Shown here one piece after another: positions 1-13,815 of a stretch of 64,000 nucleotides of DNA (positions are counted from its first letter, which is position 1; each line of letters starts with the position of its first letter). The position numbers were made by a program, and so were the translations under genes. The DNA lies in the NCBI GenBank assembly GCA_947480335.1, contig CANKCB010000005.1, positions 8,018 through 72,017 of the forward strand, in the 5' to 3' direction. The notes beneath the pieces were generated by a model. That model saw only the letters and a program-made list of their open reading frames with translations. It searched no databases and was not told the origin of the DNA. Origin of the DNA: Gammaproteobacteria bacterium. GTDB lineage: Bacteria; Pseudomonadota; Gammaproteobacteria; Eutrophobiales; Eutrophobiaceae.

Positions 1-657
1 GAATAGTTGGTCTGGCCAAACTGGCCTTTCTGACCATTTACCGATGAGATATTGATAATGCGACCATATTTGTTTTTGAGCATGCCGTTGATGAAGTTGC
101 GGGTGACATTAAACACACTGTCCAGGTTGGTCTTGATCACGGCGTGCCAGTTGTCTGGTTCCATTTTACGTAGCATAGAATCTCGCGTAATTCCGGCCGC
201 ATTGACCAACACCTCAATCTGCCCATATTGATTTTCAATCTGGGTTGCAAACTTCTTGCAGGATTCAAAATCAGACACATCACATTCATAGATGTCCACT
301 TCAAAACCTTCGCTTTCAAATTGTTGTTTCCACGCCAGCGCCTTTTCCTTTTCTACGCCTATATAAGTGGCAATAACCAGATTGCCATCGGAAGCCAGCC
401 GCTTGCAGATTTCCGTGCCAATACCGCCAATACCGCCGGTCACAATCGCAGTACCGATTTTGATGCGCTTTCCAGACTTCAGGTCAGACTTCTGAGAATC
501 TTTTGATTTAGAAGAGGCGTGACCGCCATTTTTAATTATGTCGTTTACCATATCAAAGGTGTTATTGGCCGTACGAATAGCGGTATCGATGGATGAATAC
601 CATTGATTCAACATTTGCAGTTGCAGGGATGTGACATTGCTCAATATCGGGGCCATG
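1..657 (-). CDS. phaB: Acetoacetyl-CoA reductase / SDR family (PhaB-like), C-terminus runs off the window; unusual ~65 aa N-terminal extension before the TGGIGGIG Rossmann motif
   Basis: Minus-strand translation from ATG at 657 reads MAPILSN...KIGTAIVTGGIGGIGTEICKRLASDG...NAAGITRD, a classic SDR/acetoacetyl-CoA reductase. It lies downstream of phaR. Confidence 0.8.
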
Positions 658-719
658 AGTAAATTCCTTTGTAGTTATTGTTCTATATAAGTTGTAACCA
701 ATTTGCAATTATTGCTGCC

Positions 720-1184
720 TTAGTTATCTTCCTTCTTTTTATCAGGGGTCATTCCGGACGCCTTGAAAAAATTACCCTGAAGCTGTTGCCACATCTCGAT
801 ATTCTTTTTGGTCATGTTTTGCAGGGCTTCAAGCGGATTGGTTGAGATGGTCTGGTTCAGACGTTCCTGGAATTCACGTTGTTGGGCAGTGAATATATCC
901 AGGCTTTTTTCCAGATAGCTTGAGAACACATTCTGGTAGGCATTGCCGTAAAAGCGGATTAACTGGGTAAGCGATTCAGTTGATAGCAGTGGTTCGCCAT
1001 TGTGTTCCTGTTCAGAGATAATTTGTAACAGGATACTGCGGGTCAGATCTTCTTCGGTCTTGACGTCCTTGACACAGAACGCTACACCTTCAAGCACCAG
1101 CTTTTGTACATCCTCCAGCGTTATGTATTTGCTGATTTCAGTATCATACAACCGTCGATTCGGGTATTTTTTGATGATTCGCAT
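720..1184 (-). CDS. phaR: Polyhydroxyalkanoate synthesis repressor PhaR
   Basis: N-terminus MRIIKKYPNRRLYDTEISKYITLEDV is the PhaR signature; 154 aa. Confidence 0.9.
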   Translation of the reverse strand: MRIIKKYPNRRLYDTEISKYITLEDVQKLVLEGVAFCVKDVKTEEDLTRSILLQIISEQEHNGEPLLSTESLTQLIRFYGNAYQNVFSSYLEKSLDIFTAQQREFQERLNQTISTNPLEALQNMTKKNIEMWQQLQGNFFKASGMTPDKKKEDN

Positions 1185-1226
1185 ATCTAGTTCCTTAGTA
1201 GTCTTCAGGGATCACAGATTCAAAAC

Positions 1227-1949
1227 TTAATGCATGTACTGCCCACCATTAATCGCAATGTCGGTACCATTAATATAGGCCGCCTTTTCCGAACAGAGAA
1301 AATCGACCAGGCTGGCAATCTCATCTGCCTTGCCTGCGCGCGCAGCCGGTATTGTTGCCGGTACTTCCTGTTCTACCAACGGGAAATAGCCGGGTGAGAT
1401 GGTATTCACTGTAACGCCTTTGCGGGCCAGTTCCTGTGCCAGTGCCATGGTAAAACCATGTAATCCGGCTTTCGCGGCCGCATGATGGGTATGTCCGGCC
1501 TGTCCCATGCGACTGATGATAGATGAAATATTAATGATTCTGCCAAAGCCACGGTTACTCATTTTTTCAGCAAGGTTGCGGCAGACATTGAATATGGTAT
1601 CGATATGGGTAGAGAGGGAATCATCCCACTGGCTCTTATCCATCAGGTGGAAAGGTTGGGGTTCACCGACCAGTTCCGGGCTGTTGACGATTATATCGAT
1701 CTGTCCGACTGTTTCTTCTATGGTAGCCACCAGCTTGATACAGGAATCGAAATCGGTAATGTCTGCCTTGAACGCGGTCACTTCCACTCCGGATTGTTTC
1801 AGGTCATTTTGCCATTGTTCGATATTGTCAGTCTGGTAATCCGTGACGACTTTCGCGCCGGAGCTGGAAAGTTGTTTGCAGATGGCTGTGCCGACAGGTC
1901 CTGTGCCACCTAATACCAGTGCTACCTTGTTCTGCAGATTAATATTCAT
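1227..1949 (-). CDS. SDR-family reductase, second PhaB-like acetoacetyl-CoA reductase paralog; probable start at internal Met (MNINLQNKVALVLGGTG)
   Basis: Rossmann motif VALVLGGTGPVGTAI and an SDR catalytic region. The ORF-track start at 1988 overlaps phaA, so the internal ATG at 1949 is more plausible. Confidence 0.75.
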   Translation of the reverse strand: MNINLQNKVALVLGGTGPVGTAICKQLSSSGAKVVTDYQTDNIEQWQNDLKQSGVEVTAFKADITDFDSCIKLVATIEETVGQIDIIVNSPELVGEPQPFHLMDKSQWDDSLSTHIDTIFNVCRNLAEKMSNRGFGRIINISSIISRMGQAGHTHHAAAKAGLHGFTMALAQELARKGVTVNTISPGYFPLVEQEVPATIPAARAGKADEIASLVDFLCSEKAAYINGTDIAINGGQYMH

Positions 1950-1950
1950 A

Positions 1951-3129
1951 TTATCTCTCCACCGCCAGTGCCACACCCTGACCTCCACCTATACACAAGG
2001 TGGCCAGTCCTTTATGCGCACTTCGGCGTTTCATTTCAAATAATAGCGATACGAGTATTCGACAGCCGGATGCGCCAATCGGGTGTCCCAGTGAAATGGC
2101 GCCGCCATTCACATTGACCTTGTCCGTGTCCCAGCCGAGTTCCCGATTTACCGAAATGGCCTGTGCGGCAAAGGCTTCATTCGCTTCGATCAAATCCAGA
2201 TCCTGCACTGACCAGCCCGCCTTTTGCAGACAGTTGCGGGTGGCGGGTATTGGTCCCGTACCCATGATCTCTGGATTCACACCGGCACTGGCATAAGCCT
2301 TGATACTGGCAAGTGGTTCCAGGCCGAGCTTTTTGGCCATGGTTTCCGACATTAGCATGACAGCGGCTGCACCATCGTTAATCCCCGAGGCATTACCGGC
2401 GGTAACGGTACCGGCTTTATCAAAGGCCGGATTCAGTTTGGCCAGTGCTTCTGCGGTTACACCTGCACGCGGAAATTCATCCTTATCAAACTTGATCGGA
2501 TCTCCCTTGCGTTGTGGAATAAATACCGGAACGATTTCCTCGTTGAACACGCCCTTGCCTTGAGCCGCTTCAGTTTTTTGTTGGGAGCGGGCGGCAAATT
2601 CGTCCTGTTCCTTGCGACTGATATTGAATTTTTTAGCAACGTTTTCTGCTGTGATGCCCATATGGTAATCATTGAAAGCATCCCATAAGCCATCGACGAT
2701 CATCGAATCGACGAGTTTCCAGTCTCCCATACGGGTACCGTTGCGCGATTGCGGCAGTACATGCGGTGCCTGATTCATGTTTTCCTGACCACCGGCAATT
2801 ATGATGTCGGCATCACCGCAGCGGATGGCCTGACTGGCAAGATGAATGGCTTTCAATCCACTGCCACATACTTTATTGATAGTCATGCAGGGAATAGTGT
2901 CAGGCAGGCCGGCAAAAATGGCAGATTGACGGGCAGGGTTCTGACCACTACCGGCTGTTAGTACCTGACCCAGTATGACTTCATCAATGGTACTGGCATC
3001 AATACCGGTTTTTTCCAGCAGGGCTTTGATTACGGTAGCGCCCAGACGTGGAGCGCTGACAGAAGCAAGTGAACCTCCAAAGCTACCTATGGCTGTTCGA
3101 GCGGCGGCAACAATAACGACCTTATCCAT
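1951..3129 (-). CDS. phaA: Acetyl-CoA acetyltransferase (beta-ketothiolase) PhaA
   Basis: [21 protein letters not shown]... plus thiolase active-site regions ([23 protein letters not shown]-terminus). Start chosen at ATG 3129 (MDKVVIV). Confidence 0.9.
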   Translation of the reverse strand: MDKVVIVAAARTAIGSFGGSLASVSAPRLGATVIKALLEKTGIDASTIDEVILGQVLTAGSGQNPARQSAIFAGLPDTIPCMTINKVCGSGLKAIHLASQAIRCGDADIIIAGGQENMNQAPHVLPQSRNGTRMGDWKLVDSMIVDGLWDAFNDYHMGITAENVAKKFNISRKEQDEFAARSQQKTEAAQGKGVFNEEIVPVFIPQRKGDPIKFDKDEFPRAGVTAEALAKLNPAFDKAGTVTAGNASGINDGAAAVMLMSETMAKKLGLEPLASIKAYASAGVNPEIMGTGPIPATRNCLQKAGWSVQDLDLIEANEAFAAQAISVNRELGWDTDKVNVNGGAISLGHPIGASGCRILVSLLFEMKRRSAHKGLATLCIGGGQGVALAVER

Positions 3130-3363
3130 TTTTTTATATCCTCTGATAAAAGTCATGAGATGCAAATAGAAAACCGAATGGATTTATGCAATATCAACAA
3201 CGTTGCAGTGCATCATATATGCTGCATAGTAACAAAATGATTAAGCGCTTGCCAGCAAAAGCAATGAAGACAAGATAGCCAGAATTAGTGGCGTAGAATT
3301 ATGAATTTAAAGGATTATTATCGAAAGGAAATAAAAGGCTGGTACTAAAGTACCAGCCAGAGT

Positions 3364-6074
<2,711 letters not shown>

Positions 6075-6107
6075 AAACTTCTCCTCATAATCAGACCTGC
6101 GGTTTAA

Positions 6108-8972
6108 TTAACTAAGTGCTCTTTTATGTGTGGTTACCTCGAGCTTGTCCAGCTGCAAGGCATCTTCTATCAGTCGTTTTTGCTGGGCAAGATGTAGTTT
6201 CATCGAGCCTGTAGCCGGTGATGCTGAGTAGAAGCGTCCAGCATAACCAAAATTGTGTTTCTCACTCAGACAGCCAATCATCGTTCCGCGCGATTGCATA
6301 TAATACCAGCTACCCTGGTTTTTGGGTTCTTCCTGAACCCAAACAACTTCCTGAAGATTTGGATAGCTGTCTATCATCGCCTTGACTTCAGGTGAAGGGA
6401 ACGGGAACAACTGTTCAATTCTGGCAATGGCGATGTTGTTCAGTTTATGTTCGCGTCTGGCCTCCACTAATTCAAAGTAAACCTTGCCAGAGCAGAACAG
6501 CAGGCGTTTAACGGCAGATTTATCAATATTGTCTACCTCGTCTATGACCAGACGGAATTCACTATTGGTCAGTTCATCGACCGGTGAGGCCGACAACTTA
6601 TGTCGTAACAGACTCTTTGGACTCATCACAATCAGCGGCTTGCGATACGGACGCAATACCTGTCGGCACAGCATGTGGAACATTTGTGCCGGTGTGCTCG
6701 GTACACAAACCTGCATGTTTTCCCTGGCACATAGTTGCAGGAACCTTTCCAGTCTGGCCGAGGAATGTTCAGGACCGGCGCCGTCATAACCGTGCGGCAG
6801 TAATACCGCGAGACCACAATAACGTCCCCACTTGGATTCGCACGAGCTGATGAACTGGTCAAATACCACCTGGGCACCATTGGCAAAATCACCAAATTGG
6901 GCTTCCCAGATTACCAGTGCTTTCGGTTCGGAACTGCTGTAACCATATTCAAAACCGAGCACGGCTTCTTCTGACAGTATCGAATTTATCACCAGGAAAT
7001 TGGCCTGGTCCTTGCTGATATGTTGCAGCGGCAGATAGGTGTCACCATCATCCTGATTATGGATGACCGAATGGCGATGGAAAAATGTACCACGTGCACT
7101 GTCCTGTCCTGAAATTCTGACCGGATAGCCAGCATCAACCAGCGTTGCATAGGCCATGTTTTCAGCATAACCCCAGTCCATGGCTGTCTCACCCTTACCC
7201 ATCTGGATTCTGCCATCAATTATTTTCTGCACCGTCGGATGCAGTTTGTAGTGTTTCGGTATGGTGGTCAGATTACGAGTATAGCGTTCAACCTTTTCCT
7301 TGCTGATGCGGGTATCTGCTTTTTGTCTCCACGGCGTGTCCTTGTAGGGGCCAAAATTGATCAGATGGGTCATGTTGACATTGGTCGCCCTGGGACCGGC
7401 AACCGATTCATTTGAATCCAGTGACTGAATATATGCGCCGGCCATTTCCGACAAGGTATCCGGGTTGATGACTCCCTGGTTGACCAGTTTCGACGCATAG
7501 GTTTTTTTTGCCTCAACATGTGTACGAATCTGTTTGTACATTAACGGCTGAGTCGCGGCCGGCTCGTCTGTTTCACTATGTCCTTGCTTGCGATAACAAA
7601 CCATGTCAATGACCACATCTTTCTTGAATTCCATGCGGTAGTCCAGCGCCAGCTTGGCGATGAATACCACTGACTCCGGGTCGTCTCCGTTGACATGGAA
7701 TATTGGGGCCTGAACCATTTTAGCCACATCGGTGCAATACAGGGTTGAACGTGAGTCCAGTGGGTCACTGGTAGTGAAGCCAATCTGGTTGTTAATAACG
7801 ATGTGCACTGTGCCACCCGTGGAATAACCGCGGGTCTGTGATAATTGCAGGGTTTCCATGACCACACCCTGTCCGGCAAATGAGGCATCACCATGAATGA
7901 CAATCGGTAATACCTGATCCCTGTATTTATCGTTGCGTCTGTCCTGTCTGGCACGTACCGATCCTTCCACGACAGGATTAATGATTTCCAGATGCGAGGG
8001 ATTGAACGCCAGTGTCATGTGTACGGGGCCGGAATCTGTCTGGATGTCTGAAGAGTAACCCAGATGATATTTGACGTCTCCGGACTGGATATCGTCAATG
8101 TCCTTGATAACGTTGTAGGCCTTGCCTTCAAATTCGCCAAACAGTTCAGCTGGCATTTTGCCGATGATATTAATCAGTACATTCAGTCGGCCACGATGGG
8201 CCATGCCGATCACAATTTCAGCAATTGAAGCCTTGCCACTTTCCTGTACCAGTTCATCGAGTAGTGGAATCAGGCCTTCACCCCCTTCGAGCGAGAACCG
8301 TTTCTGTCCGGCGTATTTGGTGTGCAGGTATTCTTCCAGTTCCTGCGCGGCAATCAGTCTGTTTAATATTCGATGTTTCTTGCTGGCAGAAAAATCCGGT
8401 GTGGCCAGTGGCTCTTCCAGACGTTGTTGTATCCAGCGCTTCTGTTCGGTCTCATTGATGTGCATATATTCTGCACCAATATTACCGCAATAAGTTGTAT
8501 GTACCCGTCGCAGTATTTCACGCAAGTTGATACCCGCCGGTGCTACCAGAGAGCCGGTATTAAATACCGTGTCCATGTCCGCTTCAGTCAGGTGATGGAA
8601 GGAAGGATCCAGTTCCGCTACTGGGGGTCGATCATTCTGGTTAAGTGGATCCAGATTCGCCTGTTGGTGTCCGCGAAAGCGATAGGCATTGATTAATTGT
8701 AGTACGGACACCTGTTTTTGATGATCTTCTGCCGAGCTGGCAGCAGATGCGCCCACCGTTTTTCTGTGCTGACCGTTACCCAGGGCCAGAAATGTATTGC
8801 GTACAGGAGTGTGTGCACGATCAGCCCCTGATCCCGATCCAGCTTGCAGGGATTTAAAATAATCACGCCATTCAGCTGAGACTGAAGCGGAGTCGCTCAA
8901 ATAACTTTCGTATAGGTCTTCAATAAAATCGGCATTGCCGCTATACAACCAGGATGGTGTGGTGTTGCTCAT
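6108..8972 (-). CDS. sucA: 2-oxoglutarate dehydrogenase E1 component
   Basis: 954 aa; MSNTTPSWLYSGNADFIEDLYESYL N-terminus typical of SucA; ThDP-binding region; operon sucA-sucB-lpdA. Confidence 0.95.
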   Translation of the reverse strand: MSNTTPSWLYSGNADFIEDLYESYLSDSASVSAEWRDYFKSLQAGSGSGADRAHTPVRNTFLALGNGQHRKTVGASAASSAEDHQKQVSVLQLINAYRFRGHQQANLDPLNQNDRPPVAELDPSFHHLTEADMDTVFNTGSLVAPAGINLREILRRVHTTYCGNIGAEYMHINETEQKRWIQQRLEEPLATPDFSASKKHRILNRLIAAQELEEYLHTKYAGQKRFSLEGGEGLIPLLDELVQESGKASIAEIVIGMAHRGRLNVLINIIGKMPAELFGEFEGKAYNVIKDIDDIQSGDVKYHLGYSSDIQTDSGPVHMTLAFNPSHLEIINPVVEGSVRARQDRRNDKYRDQVLPIVIHGDASFAGQGVVMETLQLSQTRGYSTGGTVHIVINNQIGFTTSDPLDSRSTLYCTDVAKMVQAPIFHVNGDDPESVVFIAKLALDYRMEFKKDVVIDMVCYRKQGHSETDEPAATQPLMYKQIRTHVEAKKTYASKLVNQGVINPDTLSEMAGAYIQSLDSNESVAGPRATNVNMTHLINFGPYKDTPWRQKADTRISKEKVERYTRNLTTIPKHYKLHPTVQKIIDGRIQMGKGETAMDWGYAENMAYATLVDAGYPVRISGQDSARGTFFHRHSVIHNQDDGDTYLPLQHISKDQANFLVINSILSEEAVLGFEYGYSSSEPKALVIWEAQFGDFANGAQVVFDQFISSCESKWGRYCGLAVLLPHGYDGAGPEHSSARLERFLQLCARENMQVCVPSTPAQMFHMLCRQVLRPYRKPLIVMSPKSLLRHKLSASPVDELTNSEFRLVIDEVDNIDKSAVKRLLFCSGKVYFELVEARREHKLNNIAIARIEQLFPFPSPEVKAMIDSYPNLQEVVWVQEEPKNQGSWYYMQSRGTMIGCLSEKHNFGYAGRFYSASPATGSMKLHLAQQKRLIEDALQLDKLEVTTHKRALS

Positions 8973-9494
8973 ATGTATTTTTACCTTAAAAAAAAGCGGG
9001 TATCTCCCGCTGCTAAAAGTTAGTGTAATTTTCCCTGTTTAATGATATTTCTCAAGAGGTAATTGCCGTTATTTTAAGTACTTATACATCAGATGCCTAC
9101 CCGATCAGGCAATCATCCGAGAATTACAGCCGATCCTACCGGATTACTGCCTAAATGTCTTGGTTTAACGGGTATTTATGCGTTTTTCCCCGGTGATTTT
9201 CCGCTAGTGATACCAGACTGTCGCCGGATTCTGTGCTTGCTGTCCCGTTTTGTCACTGTTTACCGTATGATGCGCAGCCTGTATTGGCCGCTGCTTGCTT
9301 ATGGTCGCTACTTGCTATTATATAGCGGAAGATCTTTCCGGATAGTAGGTCTGACTTCGGGGAACCAGAAAAATTATGCATTCAATGGCCGGCCAGTGAA
9401 ATATTCGGCATGGCGGATTGTTTTTTGAGTAAAATTCAAACCAGGTAAAACCTCAATAGCAGAAAACAAACTACATTCAGGAGAAATACGCTGT

Positions 9495-10472
9495 ATGAAA
9501 TCACCAGTAAGAATCGCAGTCACCGGCGCCGCAGGGCAGATTGGTTATGCCTTGTTATTCAGACTTGCCGCGGGTGAAATGCTTGGTAAGGATCAACCGG
9601 TCATACTTCAGTTACTTGAGGTCAATGCGGCCTTGAAAGCACTCGAAGGTGTGGTCATGGAATTGCAGGACTGTGCATTTTCAACCTTGGCCGGCGTTGA
9701 AACGACGGATAATCCCGATGTTGCATTCAAGGATGCCGACTATGCCTATCTGGTCGGAGCCAGACCCCGCGGTCCGGGCATGGAACGCAAGGACTTGCTG
9801 GAGGCTAATGCTGCCATTTTTGGCGTACAAGGCAAGGCGCTGAACAAGAGTGCCAGCCGTAATGTGCGGGTACTGGTCGTGGGTAACCCCGCCAATACCA
9901 ATGCATTGATTACGCTGAGTCATACTCCGGATCTGAACCCACGTAATATTACGGCGATGATGCGTCTGGATCATAACCGCGCTGTTGCCCAGCTGGCGGC
10001 CAAAACCGGTAAAACCGTGGATGATGTACGCAAACTGGTTGTTTGGGGAAATCATTCGACAACACAGTATCCGGATATTCATCATACGACAGTCGCCGGA
10101 AAAGCAGCTATGTCACTGGTGGATCAGGCCTGGTATGAAACAGCCTATATTCCGCGTGTTGCCAAGCGTGGCGCAGAAATTATCAATGCCAGAGGCGCAT
10201 CCAGCGCGGCTTCAGCCGCTAATGCTGCGATCGAGCATATGCGTGACTGGGTCAAAGGTACCGGTGACAACTGGGTCAGTATGGGAATCCAGAGTGATGG
10301 ATCGTATGGAATTCCAAAAGGTCTGGTGTATTCGTTCCCGGTCACCTGTGCAGGCAGTGAATACAAGATTGTGCAGGGTTTGGAAATCAATGCTTTCAGC
10401 CGTTCCAGAATGGATGCGACACAAAAGGAACTGGAAGAAGAACGTGATGCTATCAAGAGCTTGCTAGGCTAA
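9495..10472 (+). CDS. mdh: Malate dehydrogenase (LDH-like MDH family)
   Basis: [25 protein letters not shown]... NAD-binding N-terminus; 325 aa; RBS-like AGGAGAAA upstream. Confidence 0.9.
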   Translation: MKSPVRIAVTGAAGQIGYALLFRLAAGEMLGKDQPVILQLLEVNAALKALEGVVMELQDCAFSTLAGVETTDNPDVAFKDADYAYLVGARPRGPGMERKDLLEANAAIFGVQGKALNKSASRNVRVLVVGNPANTNALITLSHTPDLNPRNITAMMRLDHNRAVAQLAAKTGKTVDDVRKLVVWGNHSTTQYPDIHHTTVAGKAAMSLVDQAWYETAYIPRVAKRGAEIINARGASSAASAANAAIEHMRDWVKGTGDNWVSMGIQSDGSYGIPKGLVYSFPVTCAGSEYKIVQGLEINAFSRSRMDATQKELEEERDAIKSLLG

Positions 10473-10491
10473 TGCAGGTTAAACCGGACAA

Positions 10492-11010
10492 TTGTTACTG
10501 AGACAAACCGTGCTGGAACAGACTGACTTTTCCAATTCGAGTATTGATGCCGAGGGCTTCCGCGCCAACGTCGGTATTGTACTGGCGAATGGTGCCGGTC
10601 AGCTGTTCTGGGCGAAACGGATAGGAATGGATGCCTGGCAATTCCCTCAGGGTGGTATTCGTCCACGCGAACCATTGGAAAAGGCAATGTACCGTGAATT
10701 ACGCGAGGAAGTCGGTCTGTTACCTGAACATGTACAAATTATCGGTTGTACACGGGACTGGTTGCGTTACGAGTTACCGGAGCGGTTTATCCGTAAAAAA
10801 TCCAGACCCGTTTGTCGTGGTCAGAAACAACGCTGGTATCTGTTACGGTTACTCGGGGATGAGAAAGCCGTCAGACTGGATGTCAGCTCGACTCCGGAAT
10901 TTGACAGTTGGCGCTGGATTGATTTCTGGGAACCGGTGAACGAGGTAATCGAGTTTAAACGGGATGTTTACTCATCAGTGTTGTCTGAACTTGAGCAGTT
11001 ATTAAAATAA
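10492..11010 (+). CDS. rppH: RNA pyrophosphohydrolase RppH (Nudix); true start likely downstream of the annotated Met
   Basis: [22 protein letters not shown]...[28 protein letters not shown] matches the Nudix box and RppH N-terminal region (E. coli MIDDDGYRPNVGIV). Confidence 0.85.
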   Translation: MLLRQTVLEQTDFSNSSIDAEGFRANVGIVLANGAGQLFWAKRIGMDAWQFPQGGIRPREPLEKAMYRELREEVGLLPEHVQIIGCTRDWLRYELPERFIRKKSRPVCRGQKQRWYLLRLLGDEKAVRLDVSSTPEFDSWRWIDFWEPVNEVIEFKRDVYSSVLSELEQLLK

Positions 11011-11261
11011 TACGGCCGGATCGGGTCAATCAGACCCGGTTCGGCTACATTTATAGTTGTTACCCCTCCAGCAAGCTACGTAACATCCAGGCATTTTTTC
11101 CATGAATCTGCATGTGTTGTGTCAATATGTCAGCCAGTCATCTTTATTTATTAATTCAATTTAAAAAAACCAATCGTCATGGGTAGAGCAGGGATGAGTG
11201 TCAATCATCAACGGGAAAAAATACCGGTCAGTCTGGCTGTGTCCGGTTTATAATTTTATAC

Positions 11262-11795
11262 ATGACTAGCGCACTGAAAGTTTTATTCAAGGAATTTTTC
11301 CAGATGTGTCTGTTGCAGAAGCGACCACAGGATCTGCCGGCATCGACCCCGTTGTTCTCGCTGACTTTGCTGGCTTATGCACTAATCAGTTCCGTGCTGG
11401 CCTTTCCGACCCAGCGAGGTATCGCAGCACTGATGTCCGGGATACTTGAGACGCTGCTGTTACTGGGTATAACCTGGATTTTTCTCTATTTGCGCAGCGT
11501 ACCGGAGCGGTTATTGCAAACCTGTACAGCATTGGCCGGGACCGGCTTTATGTTTAGCCTGTTTGCCCTGCCGATGTTCTACTGGGGACTGTTCCTGCCT
11601 GACGGGCCGGACACACAGGCCACCATCAGTCTGTTGGTACTGATACTGGTGATCTGGAACATTTCGGTAATGACCCACATACTTCGTAATGCCCTTTCGT
11701 CCTCCTATTTACTCGGGGTGACTGGATCGGTGGCCTATATCGCACTGATTACCTTTGTGTTACAAACAGTCTTTCCGGTAGAAGGTGGAATGTGA
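11262..11795 (+). CDS. Hypothetical polytopic inner-membrane protein
   Basis: 177 aa with about 5 predicted hydrophobic helices; no family recognised by eye; overlaps mpl start by 4 nt. Confidence 0.5.
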   Translation: MTSALKVLFKEFFQMCLLQKRPQDLPASTPLFSLTLLAYALISSVLAFPTQRGIAALMSGILETLLLLGITWIFLYLRSVPERLLQTCTALAGTGFMFSLFALPMFYWGLFLPDGPDTQATISLLVLILVIWNISVMTHILRNALSSSYLLGVTGSVAYIALITFVLQTVFPVEGGM

Positions 11796-13153
11796 AAATT
11801 CACATACTGGGTATTTGTGGCACTTTTATGGGTGGAATCGCGTTGCTGGCACGCGAGCTGGGACATGAAGTTTCCGGTTCCGATGCAAATGTTTACCCTC
11901 CAATGAGTACACAGTTGCAACAGTCCGGTATCCAGTTGCATGAAGGTTACTCTGACTTACCACTGCAGAATCAGCCTGATTTGGTCATTATCGGTAACGC
12001 TCTGTCCCGAGGTAACCCGGCCGTTGAGTATGTTTTGAATTCCGGCCTCAGGTATATCTCAGGACCACAATGGTTACTCGAATTTGTACTCGCGGGCAGA
12101 CATGTTTTTGCAGTGTCCGGTACTCATGGTAAAACCACGACTACAGCGATGCTGGCCTGGGTGCTGGATTACGCAGGCAAACAGCCGGGCTTTCTGATTG
12201 GCGGTGTAGCCGAAAATTTCGGTATTTCATCAAGATTGGGAGGCAATACCTGTTTTGTCGTCGAAGCGGATGAGTACGATACGGCATTTTTTGACAAGCG
12301 CTCCAAATTCATCCATTACCGACCTAATACGTTGATTATCAATAATATCGAGTTCGATCATGCGGATATATTCGGCAATATTGACGATATAATACGAGAA
12401 TTTCGTCGATTGATACGAGTAGTCCCTTCATCGGGGCAAATTATCTATAAACAGGGTGACGCGAATATCGCCACTGTGCTGGAATCAGCAAACTGGACCC
12501 CCGCCGTCAGTTTTGGTTCGGCCACAGCCAACTGGCACATGCGGACGAACAAGTCTGATTTTTCTGAATTTGAAGTGCTCTATCAAGGTAGCGTAGTCAG
12601 TACTGTAAAGTGGAAGCTGATTGGACAACATAACGCTGAAAATGCGCTGGCCGTTTTTGCAGCAGCATCCCAGATTGGTGTTGATCCTGTCAGGACGGCG
12701 AGCGCCTTGGCGCAGTTTAAAAGTGTGAAGCGGCGATTGGAGTTGCTTGCTAATGTCGGTGGTATCAGTGTGTATGATGATTTTGCCCATCATCCAACGG
12801 CCATACGGGTAACCTTGAGTGCTTTGCGGGCCAGTGTGGGTAAACAGCGGATTTTTGCTGTATTTGAACCACGGTCGAGCACGATGAAAATGGGCACACA
12901 TAAGGACACACTGGCGGACAGTTTGATAGAGGCAGACGTTGTAGTGGCCTTACAACCTGCTGGTATACACTGGGATTTACAACAGGCATTAAGAGCGCTG
13001 AAGCCAAAATATCGAATCTTTGCGGATGTTGACGGGATTATTGAGTATCTGTTGGCTGAATTACGTGCGGGTGATCAAGTGTTGATTATGAGCAACGGTG
13101 GATTTGGTGCGATTCATACCCGTTTGATTCAGCAGCTGGAAGCGAGACGTTAG
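11792..13153 (+). CDS. mpl: UDP-N-acetylmuramate:L-alanyl-gamma-D-glutamyl-meso-diaminopimelate ligase (murein peptide ligase)
   Basis: GTG start; MKIHILGICGTFMGGIALLARELGHEVSGSD and the Mur ligase P-loop region GTHGKTTTTAM. Confidence 0.9.
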   Translation: MKIHILGICGTFMGGIALLARELGHEVSGSDANVYPPMSTQLQQSGIQLHEGYSDLPLQNQPDLVIIGNALSRGNPAVEYVLNSGLRYISGPQWLLEFVLAGRHVFAVSGTHGKTTTTAMLAWVLDYAGKQPGFLIGGVAENFGISSRLGGNTCFVVEADEYDTAFFDKRSKFIHYRPNTLIINNIEFDHADIFGNIDDIIREFRRLIRVVPSSGQIIYKQGDANIATVLESANWTPAVSFGSATANWHMRTNKSDFSEFEVLYQGSVVSTVKWKLIGQHNAENALAVFAAASQIGVDPVRTASALAQFKSVKRRLELLANVGGISVYDDFAHHPTAIRVTLSALRASVGKQRIFAVFEPRSSTMKMGTHKDTLADSLIEADVVVALQPAGIHWDLQQALRALKPKYRIFADVDGIIEYLLAELRAGDQVLIMSNGGFGAIHTRLIQQLEARR

Positions 13154-13198
13154 GCCCATGCTTACTGCTCATCTCTATGTTGCCGGCAAGCCAAGTCC

Positions 13199-13810
13199 AT
13201 GAGTCCGCAGAGGAACATAATCAGCTATTTACAAATGCATCCAGCCATTCTTTCGGCAATAGGTCTGGCCCCACTGGTAATAAAGAGTAACAGCGTGGTG
13301 TCCGGTCTGATGATTAGTCTGGGATTTACCCTCGTGCTGTTATTGAGTGCTCTGACAGTTTCGCTATTGCGTCATCTGGTTGCCCGACAGTTGCGCGTGC
13401 CATTTCTTTTGTTAACCAGCTCGGTATGGACGACCGTGCTGGATTTGTTATTGTTGACCTGGTTTTATGAATATCGTCTAGCACTCGATGTCTATATACC
13501 GCTCCTGGCAATGAATAGTCTGCTCTTGTTGGTGCTGGAAAAGGATGCGCTGACAATGTCAATGATGAACCTGTTCGTCCAGACGTTGCAGACTTCATCC
13601 GTTGTGTTATTTCTCTGTATCCTGAATGGTTTATTGCGGGAATGGCTGACAACCAACTCCGGCCGAGGCGCTCACTCGGTTTTTGTTTTGCCATTATTTA
13701 ATACCGCGGCTGGCGCTTTTATAGTGACTGGATGTTTGCTGGCAATGATTAATTATCTCAATGCGGCCAATCAGGATAGCTCCCGGACCGTAAACGACAA
13801 GGGCGAGTAG
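13199..13810 (+). CDS. RnfE/RsxE-like membrane protein (divergent, lacks the conserved cysteines), orphan
   Basis: Aligns by eye with E. coli RsxE (LGLCPLLAVTS / TLRH..EIRIPIY / GLYQSLGIFIPLIVTNC / GSLREI). Here LCP is LAP and TNC is MNS. It sits directly upstream of nth as in the rsxABCDGE-nth operon, but no other rnf/rsx genes are present. Confidence 0.6.
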   Translation: MSPQRNIISYLQMHPAILSAIGLAPLVIKSNSVVSGLMISLGFTLVLLLSALTVSLLRHLVARQLRVPFLLLTSSVWTTVLDLLLLTWFYEYRLALDVYIPLLAMNSLLLLVLEKDALTMSMMNLFVQTLQTSSVVLFLCILNGLLREWLTTNSGRGAHSVFVLPLFNTAAGAFIVTGCLLAMINYLNAANQDSSRTVNDKGE

Positions 13811-13815
13811 CCAGC

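Noticed and set aside
9093-9428. 111 aa ORF in the sucA-mdh divergent intergenic region
   Set aside because: No RBS, atypical composition, and it overlaps the expected promoter region. Probably spurious.
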